Below are positions 52,595 to 64,000 of a stretch of 64,000 nucleotides of DNA, one piece after another. The notes under the pieces are model-generated. The model made no database searches. It was not told where the DNA came from and was given only the letters and a program-made list of their open reading frames with translations. The stretch spans positions 153,574,001 through 153,638,000 of the forward strand of contig OZ024743.1 in the NCBI GenBank assembly GCA_964016885.1, written 5' to 3'. The position numbers were made by a program, and so were the translations under genes. The stretch comes from Eledone cirrhosa (taxonomy: Eukaryota). The first letter of the stretch is position 1. The number at the start of each line of letters is the position of its first letter.

Positions 52595-52795
52595 CTACAA
52601 GATTTTACAGACAAAACCAACTGGCAAGAAACAGGTGTAAACCATGTGCAAGATGGTTGGATAACATCTATGAGCTGGGGATCCAGCTAGATCAATTGGA
52701 GACAGTTGCTTCTGACAGGACATGCTGGCAGGAGTGTTTAAGGACTCTGCTCCCACGACCCTGTCAAGAATAATTGGGCGAAAAAGAAGAAGAGC
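52595..52795 (+). mobile_element. RTE 3'-end fragment
   Basis: Homologous to the reverse complement of 53225-53430; (GAA)n tail. Confidence 0.6.
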
Positions 52796-53220
52796 TTATA
52801 GAAGAAAATTTAATTACAGGTAAGATATATTCCTCATCTGGTTAATACTATAGAGACTGGTGTTAGAAATCACTAAATCGTGTTTCAGAAAGATTGGCTA
52901 ATTTGTTTCTTCTTCAAATATCGAATTAAATATTTAAATTAACATGTGACATTTATGCTGTTATTAGAAAATAATTTGTTAGGAAAACCCGATAATAATG
53001 AATAATGAGAGGCAATTCAGCGGAATCATCCAGTATTCATCTGTATGGGAAAATGTACATTGAATAGGTAATAATTTGTCTTTGATGATTTTAGCTACAA
53101 GTCAGCCCTAATCATACTGAACTATTTTGCTGGCCTTGTGCTTAACGTAGAAACAATTATTACTGTAACCTTTTGTTTTTGCTCTTATGTGCAGGGAAGC
53201 TGGGGCCATATTAATAACCC

Positions 53221-56100
53221 TTCTTCTTTCTTCATCTTCTTCACCCAATTATTCCTGAGAGGGTCGTGGAATCCTCAAACACACCTCCATCGTGTCCTGT
53301 GAAAAGCAACCACTTCCAACTGATCTGGCTGGATACCCAAGCGAGAAAAGCCAAGCTCATTGATGTTAACCAACCATCTTACTTGAGGTTTACCCCTACG
53401 TCTCCTGCCTGTTTGTTTTGCCTGTAAAATCCGCGTCCAGCAATTCTTTCATAAAACATTCTAACCATATGTCCATAGTATCAGAGCTGTGATCTCTCAA
53501 TTTGGAGAAGGGGAGCTACCGTTACTCTAAAGACCCGTTGGAGAAAACCCATTTTGGCAGCTTGTATTCACAATCGTATTCCTTTGGACATTACACAAGA
53601 TTCACCACCATAGGTAGGGGTTGACACGAATACCAAATTGAAGATAGCAAGCATGGCTTTTACACCTTCTTCTGATTACCAAATGCTGAAGCTGGTGCAT
53701 AACTGCACCAGCTCTTGCAATTCTTACACTTAATTCAGCTTCCTGCCTTCCATCACTCATGGACCCAAGATACTTGAACATCTCTACCTGATTCAGTGGA
53801 ACTCCATTCACATGTAGAGTGTTCAGGACAGGTTTCCTTAAGAGGATGAGTGTCTCAGTTTTCACAGCACTGATTTTCATTCCAGCAATGAAGAAAGTGA
53901 CATCAAACTTAAGGAGTGCAAGTCAGATGTCACCTTCTGTCAATTAAAGTAACACCATGTTGTCTGCAAATTCCAGCTGACTGATTTTAAACTTGCCAGT
54001 CATGATACCACTTCCAACACATCTGCATGTGTCAATCTTGTTCACATAAATAATTGTTTCTACTTTTGGTACAAGGCTAGCAATTATCCCAGTGTGTTAC
54101 AGGTGATTTATTTTATCGACCCTGTCAAAGTTAACCTCGGCAGGATTTGAACTTAGGAGCCGTAAATGAGCTGTAACTCTATGCCGCAAAGCATGTTGTC
54201 TGACACTCTACTGATACTGTCATTCTACCATTCATGTAAATAATTGTTTCTACTTTAAGCACAAGGCCAGCAATTATCCAGTGTATTACTGGTACTTTAT
54301 TTTATCGACCCCGTAAGGGTGAAAGGCAAAGTCAACCTCGGCGGGATTTGAACTCAGAATGGCAAGGGCTGTAACCGATACTGCCAATTCACTGCCATTC
54401 ATGTAAATAATGAACAGGAGAGATGACAGTATGCACTCTTTGCAGAAACTGACACCCACTCTGAGTGGTTTTGATTTAGCTCTATTTATCCGAACACAAA
54501 TACTTGGTCATTCATTTAGAGACATCAGGACATCAAAAAGCTGACAATCAATCCCATACTCCTGCCCAACCTCCCAAAGCATGTTCCAAGGCACGTAGTC
54601 ATATGCTTTTTCAAGTTTGATAAAACAAGAATGTACCTTTTGGCAATACTCCCATGATTTCTCAAAGGCCTGTCGCATTTTGAATATTTGGATGGTTGTG
54701 CTGCATCTGGGGCAAAGACCACCCTGTTCATCAGCTAGTTTGGACTCAACAGTCTCCCTGCATCTCTTTGCCAGACATGTAGCATACACTTTACTGTTTT
54801 CATATCTGAGATTATCACACCAAGTTGCCATTGCTTAAGTACCTTTCCAGAGATCAAACGACACACACAAGTCAAACAGAGAATACTTTCTCTATTTAAG
54901 GGTTTTAACCTCTTGAGCCAGATTTCATCTTCCTCACAGGCCATGCAAAATTTTATCGCTTTTAATGCTCTTGAGACCTCAGCCTCTGATAGATTAGTCA
55001 CAGTACCCAGATACATCTTGTGTGCATCAGAAAATGTTGTTGTGATTGGGTTTAGGAGATCAGCAAAGTATTATCTCTACCTCATGAGGATGCACCTCTC
55101 TGAAGAGAGGAAAACCCCAGATGTGTTCCTGATAGCATGTGTAGAGGAGGATCTATTATTACGAAGTTGGCAGATGGGCTGCCAGAAAACTTCATTTGCT
55201 GATCTGAAATCAGATTCCAGCTTAACCCCATAGTCCTATATCTTAACTTTGGACACCTTTACTATCTCTGTTACAATTCTTCATGCCTGCTTGTAGCGCA
55301 AGTGCAAGGACTTATTTGCAAGTCAAGGTTTGTAGCCCTCCTTCTTTGCTCAGATGGAATCTTTGATCTCTTGAATGAACTAAGGAGTCCTCCTGCCATG
55401 CAGTGCTACACCAAGTCTCTTTTGCCAGCAGCATTTAGCAGCTGAAGCAGAAACTGTTGAGATGAACAATCTCCACTCTGTCTCAACATGCTCAGTTTGA
55501 TCAGGGAGTTCTCTGATTTTGGATGCAATAGTATCTGCATACCTGGTTCTGGCTTCCTTATCCACCAACTCTTCCCACTTTATCCTGTAGTTCAACATGG
55601 ACCTGACAGTTTTGTGGGCTTCTTTGGCTTTAGTTAGTCTCAAGATATATGACTCAGTCTTAACTACATCTAATGATGCAGTGACATTATCAAGGAAGGA
55701 CCAATATTCAGACTCCTTTTTTGGTGCATAAATGTGCACCACCTAGAGAGACCTATCTTTCTGCCTAAGCTTCAAGAGGCAAATCGTCCCTCCTAATAGG
55801 ATCCAGTCCATAAATCTTTCTGACAGCCGGGGGGGGGGGGGGTGAGTTTCCCCACACCTGCCTGTGCAATCATATCTAGCACCACAACTGAATAGTGGAG
55901 TTTCCATCCTTCATTCAAATCTACAGTTGCAGAGCCATGGAACTTGCGTGAGGAAACCTGTCTATATCTAGCAGGTAGCATCTAGCCTCCTCCATTAGTT
56001 CCTGCTCTATACCTGCAAGGGTTGTGATGTTCCAGGTTTCAATTGTCAAGGTTGCTCCCTCAATGACACTCTTTGGGCTGTCAGGGTAATACTTTTTGTG
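53221..56100 (-). mobile_element. Near full-length degenerate RTE LINE (APE endonuclease plus RT)
   Basis: TLTIETWNITTL, HIYAP, EQGGL.P..ST..QIF, FIKLEKAYD.VP, FKYLGS; (GAA)n tail; many stops; two SINE B copies inserted. Confidence 0.8.
54050..54397 (-). mobile_element. Tandem pair of SINE family B
   Basis: Copies at 54050-54228 and 54240-54396; target TTCA(CA/TG)TAAATAAT present three times. Confidence 0.8.
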
Positions 56101-57396
56101 CACCGTCCCACGGTCCCCAGGACATGTTGCAGGCTCATTGCCAGTTTTTGCAGCATGAAATGGAGACTGCAATATATTTTTCAAACATGCCCCTCTACTT
56201 AAGGCTTAAATGCTTCCCTTGTTAACCCGCACAAAGGACAATGCGGTATAGTTCTCTTTTGGTTTTGTTTTCCTCATCATATTGCAGTTTCAGATTCAGT
56301 GGTCTTATTAGCACCAGTAACCAAACTGGTACTTTGACAAACCTGCGAAGACTGGCTTTTTTTTATAGAAGTGGCCTTTTCTCTCCCCATCATAGTTATG
56401 TCACTGGGTTGTAAGAGTTTTCTTGAGAGGTACAGGTGACATCATTGTTCCATCTCCCCTAGTAGTTTACCACTATTGGTCCAGGGTTGCATATTCAGCT
56501 GGCATTTGCCAACTTATATAACAACTAGCCATCATATCTGGTAGCTGTATTACTATCCACCACCTGTGACCCATTCTCTGGCAGAACAGCTCTGCCAAGA
56601 ATATTAATAACTCAAAGTATCTTTTTTTAAATTTGTAGGGAGTAATTCCTTTTTCGATCTGATCAGATAATGACTCTCTAAAAACGTTAGATTCACAATT
56701 GAATAACAATCCCATATCTAAGGTGATGCTGTTGTTACATACATAAGAATCCTAAACTGCATTTGAAAGAATAAGCTATCTGGCTTATAGGCAATGTCTC
56801 ACTCACTAAATAATGTCAACCACTAGTTCACGGGTGCACAGTTTTCTCCCTACATTTAAATTCTGCTCACATGAACTTGCTAATCCCACACCACTACAAC
56901 CTAGGCCAAATTGACAGACCTATTGTTTTTTCATCATCTTTGTTATATCTCGTTCCTCATAATCCACAATAACCATTTTGCAGTTATTCTTCTGAATTCA
57001 TAAATACTAAAAATACGTTCCTTCTCATGTTTTTCATGCAAACTTTTTCATATAAACTCATGCCACTGCCCAACCTTTGCCAGCATAGTAGAACAGATTA
57101 TTAAATGAAGATGATCATACACATTTATTGGCAAACAGTTGGTGATTCATTTCATTAGTTATCTGGAATTATATATGTAGAGTAAGCCTGTGATCAGTTG
57201 AACAATATATAGTGAATAAAGCTTTAATTACAAAGTGCTAAATAGACTGATTCTCACTGATAAAGTCATCACATGACATAATGTGTTGCAGGTCGAAGGT
57301 GACTGTAGTACTATAGTGTCAACAGAGCCTACTCAGTCCAAGTATGTGATCAAGTGAAACTGCTCCACAAAGCTTATTAAAATCAATGGCTATAAA

Positions 57397-57790
57397 TAAT
57401 TGCTTCTACTTTTGGCACAAGGCCAGTAATTATCCCAGTGCATTACTGGTGCTTTATTTTATTGAACCCGAAAGGATGAGAGGCAAAGTTAAGCTCAGCA
57501 GGATTTGAACTCAGACTCTAAAGGGCTGTAGCTCAATTCTGCTAAGCATGGCGTCCGATCCTCTACCAATACTGCCAATCCACTGCCCTTTGGCTATAAA
57601 TAATTGTTTCTACTTTAGGCACAAGGCCAGCAATTACCCAGTGCATTACTGGTACTTTATTTTATCGACCCCGTAGGGATGAAAGGCAAAGTCAACCCCG
57701 GCGGGATTTGAACTCAGATCGTAAAGGGATGTAACTATGCTGGAAAGCATGGCGTCCGACTCTCTACCGATACTGCCAATCCACCGCCAA
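57397..57790 (-). mobile_element. Tandem pair of SINE family B
   Basis: Copies at 57397-57588 and 57600-57788; TGGCTATAAATAAT at 57387, 57591 and 57798. Confidence 0.85.
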
Positions 57791-57971
57791 TCCCAAATGG
57801 CTATAAATAATGTTAGTGAAACTGGAGCTTTCAGGCATTATCCAAGAAAAACACTGTCTAATAATGGTAATTAAAAGAAATCACTAACTTTAAAATCTGG
57901 ATAAATCTTATAGTTCTGTGACCTATTGAAGCATAGTGTCAACATTATGTCATTGGAGGACGGTGGATTGA

Positions 57972-58161
57972 AGGGCGGTGGATTGGCAGTATCGGTAGAG
58001 GGTCAGACGCCATGCTTTGCAGCATAGTTACGTCCCTTTACGATCTGCGTTCAAATCCCGCCGAGGTTGACTTTGCCTTTCATCCTTACGGGGTCGATAA
58101 AATAAAGTACCAGTAATGCACTGGTTAATTGCTGGCCTTGTGCCTAAAATAGAAACAATTA
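57972..58161 (+). mobile_element. SINE family B
   Basis: 18-bp TSD ATTATGTCATTGGAGGAC (57944, 58158). Confidence 0.85.
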
Positions 58162-58865
58162 TGTCATTGGAGGACAGTCAGACTCATAGTCCATGTGTTT
58201 CCCTATGAACTGGAACAGACATTTAAACTTTTTGTTATTCCTTGACCTAAATAAATGAAGATGCTAGTAGTTGCGAAAGAGCTCACAGTGAGATGTATGT
58301 AGTTTATGTCAAAATTGTTTAAGGGTATAATGAATGATGGATATATAACTGCTTTAGAGAGACATAATCCCATGTGTTGTCAGCTAGTGGAACTTCAAGA
58401 TATATATATATTGGCTGTTGGGGTGGTGGCTGTGTGGTTGTGTGTTTTGTGCTGTAGAGTGTGTTACAGGAATCGATGTTGTTTATTAAAAAATACCTTA
58501 CCTCATCAGGCAGTGTTTTCTTACTTGATCTAGTATTATCCTGGTAATCTTTGTTGTAAAAACTGAGTTATAAGTTGACTTAAACCCAATTCCCTTCCTC
58601 TTGTTGGTTCTACATGGATACTAGATGGATAGAGTTTTCTCCATTTATACAAGCTTCCCATTAAAGCTATCTAGCTCATGCATAATTATAATCGGTGCTT
58701 CCTCTGTAAAATATGTCATAGTTTGATAGATCAAAGATTCCTCATTTGGATTTCTGAAAGAGACGTGTTTGTCTGTCTTTAAATTTACTGTTATTTTTAG
58801 GAATTTGATTATGGATAAGTTGGTGGTTATAGTTATATTTAACTAAAAATCCTTGAATAATACTG

Positions 58866-59240
58866 AAGGCGCATTGGGCTTGCAATCGAAAGGTTGTGAG
58901 TTCAATTTTCAGACCGGGTGATGTGTTGTTTCCTTGAGAAAGACACTTTATTTCCCATTGCTTCAGTTTACTCAGCTGTAGAAATGAGAAGATAGGACTG
59001 GGTCCCTATCATTCCACTGCAAAGTGGTCATGGAGGTGCCACTGCAAAGTGGTCATGGAGGTGCCACAGCAAAAAAGCACCCAGCACTCACTGTAAATGA
59101 GGTTGATGTTAGGAAGGGCATCCAGCTGTAGAAATCAAGCCAGAATCAGTTCCCGTATGAGCTGGACTTTACCCACAACAGGACAACCCATCTAACCCAT
59201 GCTAGCGTGGAAGAACAGACGTAAAATGGTGATGATCATG
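58866..59240 (+). mobile_element. SINE family A (head deletion, internal 26-bp duplication)
   Basis: B-box, CORE-like block, RTE-type tail. Confidence 0.8.
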
Positions 59241-59616
59241 AATACTATTAACACCTTTCTTTAACATCTATCAATTGTATTGTCATTCATAATGTATCAG
59301 ATTATTCAGTTTTCATCTATCTACATCCAGAAACTATAGGTGTGCACTTTTGACTGTAGCAAGATAAATAATCTCATGAGGTGGGCCATCCCATCATAAA
59401 TCCTTATCAAAATAACAAAAAAAAAAAAAAATGGTTCACTGTCTGTTTTGATCCAATAGTAATTGTTAGGTACAAAAGAGACATCCTAGCATTTGTTATT
59501 AGCCTGATGTGATTAGTATCTGTAGTGTCTCTCACAAGATCCAGGAATTTCAGTAGGAGGTATTTTGATATAAATGAGTAAAAGCATAATGTTGAATTAA
59601 ATGAATCTGCCATTTG

Positions 59617-59809
59617 ATAATTGTTTCTACTTTTGGCACAAGGCCAGTAATTACCCAGTGCATTACTGGTACTTTATTTTATCGACCCCGTAAGGATGAA
59701 AGGCAAAGTTTACCTCGGTGGGATTTGAACTCAGGCGATAAAGGACTGTAACTCTATGCTGCAAAGCATGGTGTCCAACTCTCTACCGATACTGCCAATC
59801 CACCACCCT
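59617..59809 (-). mobile_element. SINE family B
   Basis: 17-bp TSD ATCTGCCATTTGATAAT (59605, 59810). Confidence 0.85.
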
Positions 59810-60146
59810 ATCTGCCATTTGATAATGATAGTACTGCAGTTCCATAGGTCTGGTTGCATAATGCTTTAAAGTTTGAGATTGATAGCATCAAGTATATGAT
59901 TGCTATATATGCCTAATTTGCTTTAGTGGGCCTGATTAACATTTATTTTAGGTTGGAATGTTAGATGGTATTCTTGTATTCTTTTTATTATTTCACTAGT
60001 TACTATAACTAGACTGTGGTCATGCTGGGGCAACACCTTGATGAGATATATTGTTGATCATCTTGACCCCATTAATTGCTCATTCTAGTCTGTTACTTAA
60101 TTTATCAATTTCTACTATGTTATAGGTAATAAACAAACAATAAAAG

Positions 60147-60244
<98 letters not shown>

Positions 60245-60747
60245 TAAATGACAATTTCTGTCTGTTTGTTTGTGAACCTAAAACTCAAAAACTACCAAAC
60301 TGAACTTGATGAAACTTGAGACGTGTGTGGTGCTCATGCCCATTTGATTTCTTACATATATTTCATTTTAATCAAAGGGTTCCCCAGGGTTCAAACCCCC
60401 GCTTAATTTTTTCCTTTCGATTTATATGAAATTTAAACCATAGGTAAATGACAAGATATGATGCCTATTCACAAAATTTCAGCAAATTTCAATATTATTA
60501 AGACACCCTAATGGAGGTTCTATTTTTTTCCTTATAGCAACATTCAACTTCTCTGACAAATCTTTTTCGCCTGACAAATGCAATCAACAATATTTATTTG
60601 TATTATTGTTTCGGAAATGAATTTGTCTTCGCTTTTGATTATCTGTCCTATATTTTGATTTCATTTTTGGTCTGAGAGGTATTGGGTATTTTAATGAGAA
60701 CTGGGAATACCCTCCCTCTCCCGGGTATTACTGGGTACCTCAGCCCT
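60245..60747 (+). mobile_element. Degenerate non-autonomous Helitron-like element
   Basis: 5' TAAA...CTGTCTGTTTGTTTGT...AAAACTAC...TTGATGAAACTTG and 3' hairpin CCCGGGTATTACTGGGTAC, the layout of Lep1-type Helitrons; termini eroded. Confidence 0.5.
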
Positions 60748-61000
60748 GTGTGTATGCATATATGTATGTATGTAAGCAAAAGGCTTAGCAATGTTTGCAT
60801 CCACCAAATTTTACACATGCACCATTGGTTAATGCCAGGTTATAATATAGCACAAATGCTGAAAATGCTGCAGAGTGGAACTGAACACCAAATTATATAG
60901 CTGCAAAGAAAACTTCTGAACTCATGCATGCTTTTATTGCAAGTATAGCCTTGATTGATAGTAGCTTTTCTCCATTTGCCATATTCAGAGAGCAAGAATA

Positions 61001-63502
61001 AAGTGAGTCCTCGATATACGGTATATATGCGTTCCTGAAACCCTTACCGTATATCAAATTACCGTATAAAGAACCCATTATAACATGTAATAGATAGGAA
61101 TGCACTCCAGCACATCGAAAAAGTCATCCCTACAGAAAATAAATAATGTTTTTTTTTATTTACTGTACTTTACACATGCCACGTAGTCCATCAGATGATG
61201 TGCCTCTTCATTTGTCCCTCCCGAGGCTAAGGGACAGTATGGGTTTCATCCCTTACTCATCTTGGGCTGAGTTGGCAGGGGAGGATGAGGATGATGTGGG
61301 AGGCTCAAAACCAACAAACTCGTTGACTGCAGTGGATGTTGAAAGGCCAGCTGTAGCACGGTTGGCAGGTGTGACTGGCTTGAAGAAAGAGTAGATGGAG
61401 GACTGTTTGGCGGTGTTTCTTTTGGCATCATACATTTCTTGCTAAATCTTGATGTTTTTCTTGATGTTTTGAGCCACTTTGCTGCTCCTAGCAGAGTTGG
61501 GGTCATGCTCCTTCAGGGTTTCTAAGATTGTTTCGATACTCCCGAGACATTCTCTTAGAGTTTTTATGTCCAAGCCATGCACAGGTTCTCCTTCCACCTC
61601 TTCTTCTTTTTCTGTCTCCTGTATCGCCTTGTCTAGTTCTATGAGTTCATTATTGGAGAGTGGTTCAGCGTGGCTTTCCAAAAGGTCTTGCTCATCATCA
61701 TCATTAACACCATTGAAGCCAGCTCTATGGCAGAGATTTACAATATCTTTTTTTATCGCACCAATGTCCTCAGCAAAGCCTTGGAAGTCATTCACACATG
61801 CTGGCCATAATTTCTTCCAGGCCAAGTTCATGGTAGACTGCTTCACTTCTTCCCGAGATGCCTTGATGTTGTCTAGGCTGTGCTTGATGTTGTACAATTT
61901 CTACCATTCCCTGATTGTGGGCTTGTCAGGCCCATCTGTGCCCTTTATCAGCTGCTGCATGGTTCTCCGCTGGTAGTATGCCTTAAATATTTTGACGACT
62001 GTTTCATCCATCAGCTGATGAGAGCTGTGGTGTTTGGGGGGAGAAACAAAACCTCAATATTTTTTGACCAGTCTTCCATTCCCCGTGGGTGGCTGGGGGC
62101 ATTGTCCAGTAATAGCAGAAAACTGTTGGCAATGTTGTTAGCTAATGCATATTCCTTAAGGGTTGGTGACAGATATGAGGTGAAAAAATCCTGGTGAATT
62201 GAAGTGATCAGCCATGCATTCTTATTAGACTTCCATATCACTGGTAGGTATTGCTTAAGTAACCCCTTGAGTGCTCTTGGAGTTTCAGAGTGGTAGGTAA
62301 TGAGTGGCTTTAGCTTTAAATCTCCTTCTGCATTCCCTCCAAGTAACAGAGTAACGTGGTCCTTTGAGGCTTTGAACCCCTTCGCACTTTTCTCCTCCTT
62401 GTCAATATATTACTGGTCATCTTTTTCCAATAAAGTCCTGTTTCATCATAATTAATAAGCTGTTTTTTGCCGTACCCCTTCTCTGCAATGCATTTCTCTA
62501 ACTCAGCCTTGAATTTTTCAGCACTCTCTTTGTCGGAACTGGCAGCCTCACCTGTAACTTTTATGTTGTGAAGACTCGAAAATCGTTTGAACTTATCAAA
62601 CCAGCCTTTGCTTGCCTTGAATACAAAGTCCTGCACCCCATTTCAGTCTTGAGTCTGTCAATAATGGACAATGCTTTCTCACTGATTACATTTAAAGACA
62701 GAGGCATATCTTGAAAGATTTTGGTCGTCGATCCAAATTTTGAGCAACCTTTCCATCCTATCCAAAATCGGCTCACGATGTTTGGTCGACAATTTACTCT
62801 GTAGACTCGTAGCATTCTCCCCAGCTTTTTAGACAGTCACACTATTTTTTAAAACAGTCCAGACTGTAGAGTGGGCTAGGCTTAAGTTATGACTTATGGC
62901 GGACGTACCTTGCCCTTGTTCCTTCCTTTTCAAAATGTCCAGCTTTATCTCCAAAGTCAGGCTCTACCTCATGCGTTTGGTCTTTCCATCTGCATCAACA
63001 ATGTTTACAGGATGTTTTGGGACCATGAGATATGGGGTTATAAGATATGCCGTGATAATTATGCTCCAAAAACACGCCGTCGAGTTTTCTCTTACTTTGA
63101 ATGACGTCATAACTCTTAACTGATCCCTTCAGTTCGGCAAAAATTCTCTTACTGAGAGGACACGCTAGTTTTCCGAACTGAAGTGATCAGTTAAGAGTTA
63201 TGATATCATCGACGCATTTCTGAACTCACTCGTGATTGGCCAGTTTCTCAGTAAGGTCAGTTAGTACGATAGCAGTAGTAACACAATTTTCCTAGAATTC
63301 GAATAGCAGTCAGTTTCCACGAATTCAAGGGGGAATTTATTGCTTACTACAGGTGGCGCTACGGTACAATATAAACAAAATGCGACCAAAAACCGTATCT
63401 ATGAATTTTGTTTACCGTAAATAGAATTGATGGTAGTAATTACCCAAAACCGTATCGCTGAATTTAACGGATAAAGAACTACCGTATATCGAGGACACAC
63501 TG
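61001..63502 (-). mobile_element. Tigger/pogo DNA transposon, full length, inactive
   Basis: 22-bp TIRs (C/A)AGTG(T/A)GTCCTCGATATACGGT with TA on both flanks. Confidence 0.92.
61253..63026 (-). pseudogene. Tigger-like transposase (CENP-B type HTH plus DDE_1)
   Basis: MVPK...LTLEIKLDIL, FKASKGWFDKFK, NYDETGLYWK, LLLDNAPSHP, FLPPNTT; several stops and frameshifts. Confidence 0.9.
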
Positions 63503-63948
63503 TATTTGTCTATTTACACTTCATGCAGAATTTGTGCCCTTAGGCATTCTTGCCTCACACTTTGTTAACAGACAGCCTCCCCGCCCACACATAAAAACAC
63601 ACTCACACACACACACACACACACCCACACACACACACACACAAATATGCAATATGGCTATTTTCTAACAGCACTTTACTGTTTTTACCTCTGAATTCTT
63701 AATTAAGGTGTACAACAATTTATGCACACTTAATATTCTCTATGTATTAGCAGTAGTTACTTAACTGTGTTTTGCTATATTTTACCATGTATATATATTA
63801 TGTGTGTGTATCTGTGTGGTGGAAAGGCTTCCACCGTAACATATCTAATCAAAATTTTACTTCATTATCTTAATAATATAATTATGCCAAAGTATATAGC
63901 TTCAATTAATTGAAACAGGAAACCATATATTTATGATTCTCTGTCTCT

Positions 63949-64000
<52 letters not shown>

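Overview
AT-rich eukaryotic (animal) repeat-dominated region with no host protein-coding gene that I can support, and one 200-N assembly gap (46508-46707). The SINE types, (TA)n density and LINE content suggest a mollusc, probably an octopod cephalopod (inference). Contents: two tRNA-head SINE families; several RTE-clade LINE copies, one with a PHD-like finger inside the RT; R4/Dong-like restriction-endonuclease LINE fragments; L1/Tx1-like fragments; two Penelope-like element (PLE) fragments with GIY-YIG endonucleases; a compact Gypsy LTR element lacking RNase H; a degenerate Tigger/pogo transposon; two non-autonomous Helitron-like elements. The most striking signal is a set of at least six short, mostly unrelated elements in (TA)n tracts, each carrying a type I hammerhead ribozyme fold that I could pair by hand. 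Most are built as tandem monomers plus an inverted fold-back arm with stuttered junctions, which looks like a retrozyme/PLE pseudo-LTR system. Separately, unique flanking DNA is duplicated as palindromes centred on (TA)n. All structures were read by eye; no database searches or folding programs were run.
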